Part shown: in pieces, positions 35,861 through 45,110 of the stretch
Numbering within the stretch: position 1 is the first letter of the stretch
Layout: each line of letters opens with the position of its first letter
Assembly: GCA_040901675.1 (NCBI GenBank)
Contig: JBBDYJ010000026.1
Coordinates: 1 to 64,000, forward strand
Direction: 5' to 3'
DNA length: 64,000 nucleotides
DNA from: Pirellulales bacterium
GTDB lineage: Bacteria; Planctomycetota; Planctomycetia; Pirellulales; JAICIG01
Program-made: the position numbers and the translations under genes
The notes under the pieces: generated by a model
What the model saw: only the letters and a program-made list of their open reading frames with translations
What the model was told of the DNA's origin: nothing
Database searches by the model: none

Positions 35861-37963
35861 ATGTTGAAGCAACTCGCGCTGACTGCCGCGCTGATCGCAC
35901 TGGGCTCGGCGGCCGGCGTCGCTCAAGAGAACGGACCGGATACGCGCCGGGGCGACGAGATGATCGCCGCGTATTTCCGATCGGAGACGCGGTTATTGGC
36001 CGAGCGCTGCCTGGCCGGCATCGAAACGCTGGAGGATTGGACCTCGCGTCGCGAGGAGTACCGGCGGCAGTTGGCCGAAATGCTGGGCCTCGATCCGATG
36101 CCCGAGCGGACGGATCTCAAGCCAGTGGTCACCGGCAAGCTGGACCACGAAGCGTTCACGGTCGAGAACCTGCACTTCCAATCACGGCCCGGCTTGTACG
36201 TGACCGGCAACCTGTACCTGCCCAGGGGTCTCGACAAGCCGGCGCCGGCCGTGCTGTATGTCTGTGGGCACGCGGCGGTCAAGAAGGACGGCGTCAGCTA
36301 TGGCAACAAGACGCACTACCAGTTCCATCCCGCCTGGTTCGCCCGCAATGGATACGTCTGCCTGTCGATCGACACCATTCAGCTCGGCGAGATCGAGGGG
36401 CTGCACCACGGCACCTACCGGGAGGGGATGTGGTGGTGGAACTCGCGCGGCTACACGCCGGCCGGCGTGGAAGCCTGGAACGGCATCCGGGCCCTGGACT
36501 ACTTGGAAAGCCGGCCGGAGGTGGACGCCGAGCGACTGGGCATTACCGGCCGCTCAGGCGGCGGCGCCTACTCCTGGTGGGTGGCCGCCTTGGACGATCG
36601 CATCAAGGCGGCCGTGCCGGTGGCCGGCATCACCGACCTGGAAAACCACGTGATCGACGGCTGCGTCGAGGGGCACTGCGACTGCATGTACATGGTCAAC
36701 ACGTACCGCTGGGACTATGCCCAGGTGGCCGCGCTGGTCGCTCCCCGGCCGCTGTTGATCGCCAACACCGACAAGGATCCGATCTTCCCGCTGGACGGCG
36801 TGCAGCGGATCCATCAGAAGGTCCGCGAGATTTACCGGCTGTACGGTGCCGGCGACAAGCTCGGACTGCAGATCAGCGAAGGGCCGCACAAGGACACGCA
36901 GGAACTGCAGGTGGCGACGTTCCATTGGTTCAACCGGTTTTTGAAGCAAGAGGACCCACCGGTCGAGCAGACCGGCCTGTCGTTCTTCCAGCCGGAACAG
37001 CTCCGTGTCTTTGGTGATGGCCCGCCGGCCGACGAAATCACCAGCCGCATTCATGAAACTTTTACCCAGGCCGCCGCCGTGCCGGGCGAGCCACCGGCCG
37101 ACGCAGCCTCATGGGCGGCCTTGCGCGATGCGTGGATGGCCGCACTCAAGGAAAAATGCTTTGGCGGCTGGCCGGAGCAGCCCGCGGAGCTCCACGTCGA
37201 GCAGGCTTTTTCAGTCCAACGGGAGGGTATTCGCCTGACTGCGCTGGATTTCACGAGCCAGCCGGAGATCCGGCTGCGGCTGTACCTGGCCGAGCCGGCA
37301 AGCGGAGTCGAGCCTTCCGCCGTGGTCCTTTCGGTTGAATCCGACCGCGGATATTCGGGCGAATTCGCGGCGCTCTGCGACTTGTTCCCGGAGGAAATGA
37401 AAGAGGAGGGGCAAGGTGCCGGCGCGTTGGCTTTGGATGAGTTGCGGCTCCAGGTGGACAAAGCGCCCATGGCCTTTTTCGCCCCGCGCGGCCAGGGCCG
37501 CACTCGCTGGAACCAGGATGAGCGAAAGCAGGTCCAGATCCGGCGGCGGTTCATGCTGCTGGGGCAGACGCTGGCCGCCATGCAGGCCTGGGACATACGG
37601 CGGGCGATCCAGGCGCTCGGCTCGCTGGAGCAGTATCGAGAGGCGCCTGTTTCGATTGCAGCGGGGGAGATGCCGGTGCAGGCACTTTACGCGTCGCTGT
37701 TCGAGCCTCGCGTGGCCGCCTTGGATTTCGGCACGCTGCCCGCCACGCACCACGGAGCAGCCGACGTGCTCAACGTGCGGCGCTATCTCGACCTGCCGCA
37801 AGTGGTGGCCATGGCCGCCGAGCGGTGCAGCATCACGCTGGAGCGGATCGAGCCGGCGGGTTGGGAATATCCGGCGGCGGTCGCCACCCGCCTGGCCTGG
37901 CCGGCGGGGCAATTGTCGCTGGGCGAGGTGTCGCCTGAAAAACCGGAAGAAGTGCAACCATGA
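35861..37963 (+). CDS. exported alpha/beta hydrolase (acetyl xylan esterase-like)
   Basis: signal peptide; VTGNLYLP, VCGH, RALDYL, nucleophile elbow GRSGGG, LVAPRPLL. Confidence 0.83.
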   Translation: MLKQLALTAALIALGSAAGVAQENGPDTRRGDEMIAAYFRSETRLLAERCLAGIETLEDWTSRREEYRRQLAEMLGLDPMPERTDLKPVVTGKLDHEAFTVENLHFQSRPGLYVTGNLYLPRGLDKPAPAVLYVCGHAAVKKDGVSYGNKTHYQFHPAWFARNGYVCLSIDTIQLGEIEGLHHGTYREGMWWWNSRGYTPAGVEAWNGIRALDYLESRPEVDAERLGITGRSGGGAYSWWVAALDDRIKAAVPVAGITDLENHVIDGCVEGHCDCMYMVNTYRWDYAQVAALVAPRPLLIANTDKDPIFPLDGVQRIHQKVREIYRLYGAGDKLGLQISEGPHKDTQELQVATFHWFNRFLKQEDPPVEQTGLSFFQPEQLRVFGDGPPADEITSRIHETFTQAAAVPGEPPADAASWAALRDAWMAALKEKCFGGWPEQPAELHVEQAFSVQREGIRLTALDFTSQPEIRLRLYLAEPASGVEPSAVVLSVESDRGYSGEFAALCDLFPEEMKEEGQGAGALALDELRLQVDKAPMAFFAPRGQGRTRWNQDERKQVQIRRRFMLLGQTLAAMQAWDIRRAIQALGSLEQYREAPVSIAAGEMPVQALYASLFEPRVAALDFGTLPATHHGAADVLNVRRYLDLPQVVAMAAERCSITLERIEPAGWEYPAAVATRLAWPAGQLSLGEVSPEKPEEVQP

Positions 37964-38970
37964 GATATGCTCTGGTCGCCGCAACGTTGTTCAGCCTGGC
38001 TGCACCGCTGCGGTCCGCTGAGATCGAAGTGACCGAGGACGATGAGCAGATCCGCATCGTTACGCCGCAGCTCGAGGCCGTCGTGCGCAAGCAAGGCTAC
38101 GTGAGCGGCGTGGCCGGCGGAGAATTTCTGGACAAGAAGACGGGCTTCCGCGACGCCGGCTTCGGCCTGGACATCGTCGATTGGATCATGGAACCGGGCA
38201 GCGACGAAGCCTATCGCGACCAGCTCCCCAGCGAGATGGTGTACCAGTTCGGAAACCTCTACCACGGCAACGTGGCCAAGCGGTCGATCGAAGGGCCGCA
38301 GATCTGCACGCAAGCCAAGCAGGTCGATAGCGAGATCATCCGGGGGAAGGACTTTGTGGCAGTCCGGCTGCGCTTCAACTACCGGACGGCGGCTCCGGGA
38401 AAAAAGACCGGCAGTCTCTGGACGCAGACGCTGGTTTTTCCCGCCGGCAAGCGATACTTCGTTTCCAGCGACCGGATCGACGCGGTGAACGACAGTCCGG
38501 CCATGTTCCTGCGGATCGACATGCCCGGCCACGTCAAGCACAACCAAGGCGACACCTTCAGCGAGATCTACTTGAGCTATGAGGGGAAGATCCCCGCCGG
38601 CGAGTTCAGCAGCGACTTTCCGCCCGACGCCCGCTTTCAGTACCGCCGAGACCACGACGAGATTCCGGACCGTTTCATCCGGGCCTATCACCTGCGCGAT
38701 ACGGCCAGCGGCCAGGCCGGTCCCTGGCTGGCGGGCATGACGCTGGACCCGGCCGACGTGATGGAAGCCTGGTGCCACCAGCGCGGCTACGTGTGCATGA
38801 TCGAGGAGTTCGGCGGGCGGCCCATCCGAGCCGGTGAGTCGTTCAGCGCCGCTTTCGTGGTGGGCTTCTTCGACTCGATCGACGAGATGCACCAGGTCTA
38901 CGACGAGCACCGCGGCCACTCGGGGCTGGATGTCGACGAGCAAGGCTGGAAGCTTCTCAAGGCAGAGTAA
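37960..38970 (+). CDS. exported hypothetical protein
   Basis: signal peptide; ATGA coupling to the upstream gene; typical codon usage. Confidence 0.75.
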   Translation: MRYALVAATLFSLAAPLRSAEIEVTEDDEQIRIVTPQLEAVVRKQGYVSGVAGGEFLDKKTGFRDAGFGLDIVDWIMEPGSDEAYRDQLPSEMVYQFGNLYHGNVAKRSIEGPQICTQAKQVDSEIIRGKDFVAVRLRFNYRTAAPGKKTGSLWTQTLVFPAGKRYFVSSDRIDAVNDSPAMFLRIDMPGHVKHNQGDTFSEIYLSYEGKIPAGEFSSDFPPDARFQYRRDHDEIPDRFIRAYHLRDTASGQAGPWLAGMTLDPADVMEAWCHQRGYVCMIEEFGGRPIRAGESFSAAFVVGFFDSIDEMHQVYDEHRGHSGLDVDEQGWKLLKAE

Positions 38971-38974
38971 TGCC

Positions 38975-39838
38975 ATGCCAGTCGAATCTCCCTGGATCAT
39001 CGAGACCAGCGACGCAACGTTTGACCGGGACGTGATCGAACGATCGCACGAGCTGCCGGTCGTCGTCGATTTTTGGGCCGCCTGGTGTCCTCCCTGCCGC
39101 GCGCTGGCCCCGATCCTGGAGAAGCTGGCCGTTGAAGCCAAGGGCGGTTTTCTGCTGGCCAAGGCGGACGTCGAACGGACGGGTGCGGCCGCCGCGCAGT
39201 TTCGCGTCGAGTCGATCCCGGCGGTATTCGGTTTGCGGGGCGGAGAAGTCGTGGATCAGTTTCTAGGGGCCCTGCCCGAGGAGCGGCTCCGCGCCTGGCT
39301 GGCCGGCCTGCAGCCAAGCCGGGTCGAGGTCCTGCTGGGCGAGGCGGCCCGGTTGGAAAACTCCGACCCGGCCGCTGCCGAAGCGCGGCTGCGAGAGGCC
39401 ATCGACTTGGATCCGCGTGAAGGGGCCGCCCGGATCGCGCTGGCACGGCTGCTGGCCGCCCGAGATCGGCTGGCCGAGAGCGAACAACTGCTCGAGGAGC
39501 TGGCCGCGCGTGGTTTTCTGGAGCCCGAAGCCGAGCGGTTGAAAGCCGAGGTAAGCCTGCGCCGCGCAGCCGGGGAAGTGGACAGTGTGGAGCAGTGCCG
39601 CACGGCCTTGGACCGCTCGCCCGGCGAACCGGGCCCGCGATGGGATCTGGCCCGGGCCCTGGCGGGAGCCGGCCGATATGGGGAAGCAATGGACCATTGC
39701 CTCGAGCTGGTCGCCAACGACCGGCATGGCCTGGGAGAAAAGGCCCGCCAACTGATGGTTGACATTTTTCAAGTACTGCCCCCCGATGACGAACTGTCGG
39801 CCACGTACCGCCGCAAGCTGTCGAGCGTTCTTTATTGA
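38975..39838 (+). CDS. cnoX: thioredoxin-TPR chaperedoxin (CnoX/YbbN-like)
   Basis: VVVDFWAAWCPPCR, TPR helices, C-terminal YRRKLSSVLY. Confidence 0.85.
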   Translation: MPVESPWIIETSDATFDRDVIERSHELPVVVDFWAAWCPPCRALAPILEKLAVEAKGGFLLAKADVERTGAAAAQFRVESIPAVFGLRGGEVVDQFLGALPEERLRAWLAGLQPSRVEVLLGEAARLENSDPAAAEARLREAIDLDPREGAARIALARLLAARDRLAESEQLLEELAARGFLEPEAERLKAEVSLRRAAGEVDSVEQCRTALDRSPGEPGPRWDLARALAGAGRYGEAMDHCLELVANDRHGLGEKARQLMVDIFQVLPPDDELSATYRRKLSSVLY

Positions 39839-39871
39839 ACTGGCGACAAACCGTTGATCGGCGGTGGGCCT

Positions 39872-40495
39872 TCAAGGCAGGCTCAGCCAGCGGGGCCACC
39901 AGTCGGCCGACCTGAGGTGGAGGGCGAGTTGAACGCCCAGCGGCACCCAGACCCAACGGGCCGCCCGCTGGCATTCCAGCCGCAAGCTCTTGACGCTGAC
40001 GGTAATCCTTTGGGGGGTGCGGAATCCGGAAAAGCGGGGGACAAAGCGAGGCACAGTCTCGCAGTAGCGCAGGTAGACATCGCCCAGCCGTTGCCGCAGG
40101 AACCGTTCTTCGGCCGGCACGGTGGCCATGGCATAAAACATGGCGACCAGTGAAACGCCGGCCGCCAGGGTCAGGCTGCCCAGCATGATCGCCGCCGACA
40201 TCGCGATCAGGCAGGTGCCAAGGTAGAGTGGATTGCGGCAGATCGAATAAGGTCCCTCGTGCACCAGCGACACGCCCTTGCGGCCGCCCACGTAGAGCGT
40301 GGCCCAAAATCTTACGGCGGCTCCGCAGAGGAAGACCAGCCAACCGGCGGTCTGCGTGCCCACGGGGCCCCAGGACGGCCACTCGATCAGGGGAGTTGAG
40401 GCGGCCACGGCGAGCCCGAAGGAGGCAGCCAGCGCGGCGCCCACGAAGCCGCGCGAGCGAAAGGCCCAGCTCGCCGCCATCTCGGCCTTCATCAT
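39872..40495 (-). CDS. isoprenylcysteine carboxyl methyltransferase / PEMT-family membrane protein
   Basis: RFWA, LVHEGPYSICRNPLYLG, EERFL..G..Y..Y..VPRF. Confidence 0.85.
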   Translation of the reverse strand: MMKAEMAASWAFRSRGFVGAALAASFGLAVAASTPLIEWPSWGPVGTQTAGWLVFLCGAAVRFWATLYVGGRKGVSLVHEGPYSICRNPLYLGTCLIAMSAAIMLGSLTLAAGVSLVAMFYAMATVPAEERFLRQRLGDVYLRYCETVPRFVPRFSGFRTPQRITVSVKSLRLECQRAARWVWVPLGVQLALHLRSADWWPRWLSLP

Positions 40496-40798
40496 ACGTT
40501 CTGTCTCCCGGCGCCTCGGTCGTTCTTAACGTTCAACGGTTACCCGCGGGTGCCCCACGCGCGGGGCGGCGATCGTAGCGGCTTGGGGCTGCGCGGGCAA
40601 GGTCGATGAAACCGTCCGGTCCCGGCCGGTCCCCAAGTCTGGGAGTGGCCGAAGAGAAGCCTTTGAGCCGCCGCGCTCGTGCAGGCGGATTGCATTTGGC
40701 AGGTGGCCTGCTACCCTTAGGGCGCTCGTCTCACTGTTTGGCGAGCTGCCACCCGAATGAGGTGGAGGGGTGCTGGAACCCATCCTAGGAGCCTAGTC

Positions 40799-41395
40799 AT
40801 GCGTCCACGATTCCCGACAGTTTCGATTGCTTCGCTATTGGTCCTGACGTTCGTCGGATGTGATACGGCTCCCCCCGCTGGTACCAATACGCCGGCCCCG
40901 ATGAAGCGCCAGGAACGGATGCTTTCCAAGGTTTCCGCAAGTCAGAAAGAAGCCGCGAAAGCCCTTGAAGCTTTGGGCGGCGAGGTGCAAATCAACGAAG
41001 AGGACGCCGACCCATTGATCCTGGCAGTCGACTTCAGCAACTCCCAAGTCACCGATGCCGACCTGGCGCAGCTCCAAGAGTTGCCGAGCATCGGGATCCT
41101 GGATTTCACGAACACGGCCATCACCGACGAGGGTCTCAAGCACCTGGCCAAGTATCCCAATCTCGTGATCCTTACTCTGTCGGACACCAAGGTGACCGAC
41201 GAAGGGATTGCCCAGGTGGCGAGTTTTACCAGCCTGAGGAGGCTGACTTTGCTCAACCTGCCAGTGACCGACGCGTCGATCGAGCATTTGAAAGCCTTGA
41301 AGCAGCTCGAGTCCCTGGTCATTCGCGGCACAAAGATTACGCCGGCAGGGGTGCAAGAGCTGAGAGACGCGCTTCCCGATCTGCAGGTCCACTAA
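40799..41395 (+). CDS. leucine-rich-repeat lipoprotein
   Basis: lipobox FVGC; repeats of LxxLxLxxTxITDxGLxxL; AGGAG RBS. Confidence 0.85.
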   Translation: MRPRFPTVSIASLLVLTFVGCDTAPPAGTNTPAPMKRQERMLSKVSASQKEAAKALEALGGEVQINEEDADPLILAVDFSNSQVTDADLAQLQELPSIGILDFTNTAITDEGLKHLAKYPNLVILTLSDTKVTDEGIAQVASFTSLRRLTLLNLPVTDASIEHLKALKQLESLVIRGTKITPAGVQELRDALPDLQVH

Positions 41396-41490
41396 GGAAC
41401 TTGGCAGCACAATTTTCGCCGATTGTCTATTATTTTCGTGGCCGAAACATTTCTACCCGCCTGGGGTTTTTGGTAGTGTGACCGTAGAGG

Positions 41491-41532
41491 CCCGCAATAC
41501 GGGCCCCAGGTCCCGCAATACAGGCCCCAGGT
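41491..41532 (+). promoter_or_regulatory. tandem 21-nt direct repeat upstream of the NosL-like operon
   Basis: CCCGCAATAC(G/A)GGCCCCAGGT x2; regulatory role is only inferred. Confidence 0.45.
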
Positions 41533-41685
41533 TTCGGCGCGCACGGCTGCTTTTGCCTAGGTCTGGATTCAGAAGGATCTGAATCGCGATCGGAACTACG
41601 GGAGAATTGCTGGAGCCGCCGCCAATCAGGGCGGCGTTTACGTTTAGACGACCGGCACATCTAGACGACTGGCAGAGGGCGGCTA

Positions 41686-42726
41686 ATGCTAACGCTCAAC
41701 GGCTATGCAGTTCTGGATGCCTTCTTCAGCCTGTTGAGGTTGTCAGCCGGGCTGGCGATGGTCGGTCTGGGGTTCGTGGCCCTGCGGCAGTACCGCGTGG
41801 CGGCCACAGCGGAACAGCGGCAAGCGGTCGACGCGCGATTTTACCTCCTCTTCCTGCTGGCCCTGGTGCTGCTGGTCCTGAGCCTGGCAAGTTGGCCATT
41901 GCTGTACCTGCTGTTGGACAGCCTCGTCGCCCGAACTCCCAGCGCCATGTGCATTTACGGCGTTACCCGCCTTGGCGAAGGCAGCGAAGGGCCGGCCCGC
42001 TTCTTGCCGGGACTGATTGCCTTGCTCCAAGCCACCAAGCCGGCGCTGGTGTTCCTGGCTGGCGCCTGGCTGGTCCTGCACAAGCTCAACCAGCGCACGC
42101 CATCGGGTAATTTGGCGCCGCGGGTGGTGGGTTTGATGCTGGTGCTGGCCTTGACCGCGGTCGTCGACGCCTCCGCCGAAATCGCCTACGTCGTCACGCC
42201 AAAACAGGAACAGATGGCGTCGACGGGCTGCTGCACCGCGGCTCTCAACGACTCCCCCTCGCGATTCATACCGCTCGGCTCGATTGGAGCCGACTATCGC
42301 CAGCCCCTCTCAACCGCTTATTACCTGGTCCACTTGGGGCTGGCCGCAGCGCTCGCGCCGGTGGCCCTGGTCAAGCGACGGCAACCCCTGCGGTTGCTCG
42401 GCCCGCTGCTAGTGTTGGCGGTCATCTCCGCCGTGGTCGCCTGGTTGTTCTTCGTGGAAATCGCCGCTCCCAAGCTGTTGCAATTGCCGTACCATCGTTG
42501 CCCGTACGACTTGTTCGCGCAGGTGCCCGAAACCATCGTGGCAGCCGGACTGTTCGCCGCGGCCACGTTTGCCGTCGGCTGGGCGGCCCTGGCCGGTTGG
42601 CTGGCCAATACGGTCGAAGCCCGGCCGTTTCTCGGGCAGGAGGTGCGTAATCTGCTCTGGCTGGCGCTGCTGGGGTATCTGGGTTCGGTCAGCATGATGT
42701 CCCTTGAACTGGCCCTGGTTTCATGA
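41686..42726 (+). CDS. polytopic membrane protein with Cys/His motifs
   Basis: many TM segments; loop motifs AMCIYG, TGCCT, YHRCPY. Confidence 0.78.
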   Translation: MLTLNGYAVLDAFFSLLRLSAGLAMVGLGFVALRQYRVAATAEQRQAVDARFYLLFLLALVLLVLSLASWPLLYLLLDSLVARTPSAMCIYGVTRLGEGSEGPARFLPGLIALLQATKPALVFLAGAWLVLHKLNQRTPSGNLAPRVVGLMLVLALTAVVDASAEIAYVVTPKQEQMASTGCCTAALNDSPSRFIPLGSIGADYRQPLSTAYYLVHLGLAAALAPVALVKRRQPLRLLGPLLVLAVISAVVAWLFFVEIAAPKLLQLPYHRCPYDLFAQVPETIVAAGLFAAATFAVGWAALAGWLANTVEARPFLGQEVRNLLWLALLGYLGSVSMMSLELALVS

Positions 42727-43202
42727 AGCGATCGTGGCGAATGACATCGGCGGTGGTCCTGCTGGCAACGGTCATGGGGTTGCCCGTGTTGGGCCAATGG
42801 GTCCGGCAAGGCGGCCGCGAGCGCTGCGCGCTGGACGGCGCGCGGATCGAGCCGATTTACGCCGTTAGCATCCGTGACGGGCAGGGCCGAACTGACCAGT
42901 TCTGTTGCATCCGCTGCGCCCAGTACTGGCTCGACCGGCAAGTTCTACCCGCCGCGCGGATTGAGGTTACGGATGAGGTGACCGGGCGCCGCATCGATGC
43001 GGCACTCGCGCATTTTGTGCGTAGCCGCGTGGTGACGACTCCCGCCACCGGCAATCGGATCCACGCCTTCGCCACAGCCGCGGATGCCCAGCGCCATCGC
43101 ACGGAGCACCGCGGTCGATTGTTGACGGGCTCGCAACGGCCGTTCCAGCTCACGCGTCGGGGCCGGTCGCTTTCCTATTCGTCGCCGTTGCTACCCGAAT
43201 GA
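42723..43202 (+). CDS. NosL-like metal-binding protein
   Basis: N-terminal anchor; RCALDG, FCCIRCA, VTDEVTGRRIDA..AHFVRS, IHAF..A match the NosL layout; ATGA coupling. Confidence 0.6.
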   Translation: MKRSWRMTSAVVLLATVMGLPVLGQWVRQGGRERCALDGARIEPIYAVSIRDGQGRTDQFCCIRCAQYWLDRQVLPAARIEVTDEVTGRRIDAALAHFVRSRVVTTPATGNRIHAFATAADAQRHRTEHRGRLLTGSQRPFQLTRRGRSLSYSSPLLPE

Positions 43203-43226
43203 TCGAGACCCGAGGGAGGTGACTCG

Positions 43227-45110
43227 TTGGCCAGTCCTACCTCTCGCCTCGCTCTGGTTGCTTTGCTGTCAACTTCATTGCTCGGCGGCATCGTTTTTGT
43301 CTTGAATTCGAATCTTCGGGGCGGCCGGCCGGCTCCCACGCCACGTGCCGAACTGGCGGCGGGGAACAGAGTGGCCGCGGGGGACAGGCGGCCGGGCTTC
43401 CGCGACTTGGCTCACGAAAGCGGGCTCGATTTCAAGATGGAGTTCTTGCCCACTGAACAGGGAGAGAACTTCAAGACCAATCTGTACGACCACGGCTGCG
43501 GCGTGGTCGTGGGCGACTGCAACGGCGATGGGCACGACGACCTCTTGTTTCTCAACCAGCTTGGCTCGAATGCCCTGTACCGCAACCGGGGCGACGGCAC
43601 CTTCGAGGACGTGACCGAAGAGGCGGGCGTCGCGCTGGCCGATCGCATCTGCGTGGGCGGCACGTTCGCCGATTACGATAACGACGGCGACCAGGACCTC
43701 TACATCACCACCACCCGAGGCGGCAACGTCCTGTTCCAGAACCAAGGCGACGGACGCTTTCAGGACGTCACCGAACAGGCCGGCCTGACGCTGGTGGCGC
43801 ATTCGCAGACCGCCGCCTTTTTCGACGCCGACAACGACGGCTATCTGGACCTGCTGGTCACCAACTCGGCCCATTGGACCACCGAATCGTTCGATGAAGA
43901 ATCGCGTTACTACGTGGGGCTGGCTGATCTGCCCGAGCTCTTCACGGCGCCCAGGGAATACAACGCCTTTTACCGCAACCAGGGAGACGGCACGTTTGCC
44001 GACGAGACCGAGGCGTCCGGGTTGCGGGGCCTGGGCTGGGGCGGCGACGTGGCGGTTTTTGATTACGACGAAGATGGCGACCTGGACGTTTTCGTCACCA
44101 ACATGTTCGGCCGCAGCCAGCTCTACGCCAATGACGGCGCCGGCCGCTTTCACGACGTGATGGCCGACACGCTCCGGCGGACCAGCTTCGGAGCCATCGG
44201 CTGCAAGGCCTTCGACTTCAACAACGACGGCCGGTTCGATTTGTACTGTGTCGACATGCACTCGGATATGTGGATGTCGAAGGACGACCGCCACACCGTT
44301 CGCCCCCGTGAAAAGTACTCTTACCTTACCGGCAGAGGGAGCGAGTTTGACCCCCTCGCGATGGAGCTCGAATCCCACTTCGTGAGGCAGTTAGATGTCG
44401 ATTACGAAAACGTGCTGTTTGGCAACACGCTGCACAAGAACCAGGGTGGGGGCCGGTTTGAGGAACTCTCCGACCGCGCGAATGCCGAAACGTTTTGGCC
44501 TTGGGGCGTAGCGATCGGCGACTTTGACAACGACGGCTACCAGGATATCTTCATACCTTCCGGGATGGGCTACCCGTTCTGGTATCACCCCAGTTCGCTG
44601 CTGATGAACAACGGGGACGAGACCTTCACGGAGAGGGCGGCCGCGGAAGGCGTCGAGCCGCCTCGTCGCGGCAAGTTTCTGCCCAAGAGCATCGGCGGCG
44701 CGCAGGCTGCCCGCAGCTCGCGGGCAGCGGCCACCGGCGACTTCGACGGCGATGGCCGGCTGGACCTGGTGGTTAACAACTTCAACGACCATCCTTACTA
44801 CTTCAGCAACCAGTTCCCGAAGCGCAACTACCTGGCCTTCCGCCTGGTCGGAAAGCACAGCAACCGCGACGCCATCGGCGCCACGGTCAGGTTCCAACGG
44901 GGCGATCAGATCCTGGTCCGGCAGGTCCAGAGTGCCGGAGGCTACTTGTCTCAATCGTCCAAGACGCTGCACTTGGGCCTGGGCGACCAGCAGCAAGTCG
45001 ACCAGGTCGAGATTCGCTGGCCCTCCGGAGTGCGGCAGACCATTCGTGCCCCCAAGATCAACCGTCTGCACGAAGTGCGGGAACCGGCGACCGATGAGGT
45101 GATCCCGTGA
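43227..45110 (+). CDS. CRTAC1-like FG-GAP beta-propeller + ASPIC/UnbV protein (paralog A1)
   Basis: repeated DxDxDGxxD loops; C-terminal SNRDAIGA, GGYLSQS, LHLGLG, IRWPSG. Confidence 0.88.
   Translation: MASPTSRLALVALLSTSLLGGIVFVLNSNLRGGRPAPTPRAELAAGNRVAAGDRRPGFRDLAHESGLDFKMEFLPTEQGENFKTNLYDHGCGVVVGDCNGDGHDDLLFLNQLGSNALYRNRGDGTFEDVTEEAGVALADRICVGGTFADYDNDGDQDLYITTTRGGNVLFQNQGDGRFQDVTEQAGLTLVAHSQTAAFFDADNDGYLDLLVTNSAHWTTESFDEESRYYVGLADLPELFTAPREYNAFYRNQGDGTFADETEASGLRGLGWGGDVAVFDYDEDGDLDVFVTNMFGRSQLYANDGAGRFHDVMADTLRRTSFGAIGCKAFDFNNDGRFDLYCVDMHSDMWMSKDDRHTVRPREKYSYLTGRGSEFDPLAMELESHFVRQLDVDYENVLFGNTLHKNQGGGRFEELSDRANAETFWPWGVAIGDFDNDGYQDIFIPSGMGYPFWYHPSSLLMNNGDETFTERAAAEGVEPPRRGKFLPKSIGGAQAARSSRAAATGDFDGDGRLDLVVNNFNDHPYYFSNQFPKRNYLAFRLVGKHSNRDAIGATVRFQRGDQILVRQVQSAGGYLSQSSKTLHLGLGDQQQVDQVEIRWPSGVRQTIRAPKINRLHEVREPATDEVIP

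Noticed and set aside
40690..40798. Several short hairpins upstream of the LRR lipoprotein as a riboswitch
   Set aside because: No recognisable riboswitch consensus; short stems are expected at this GC content
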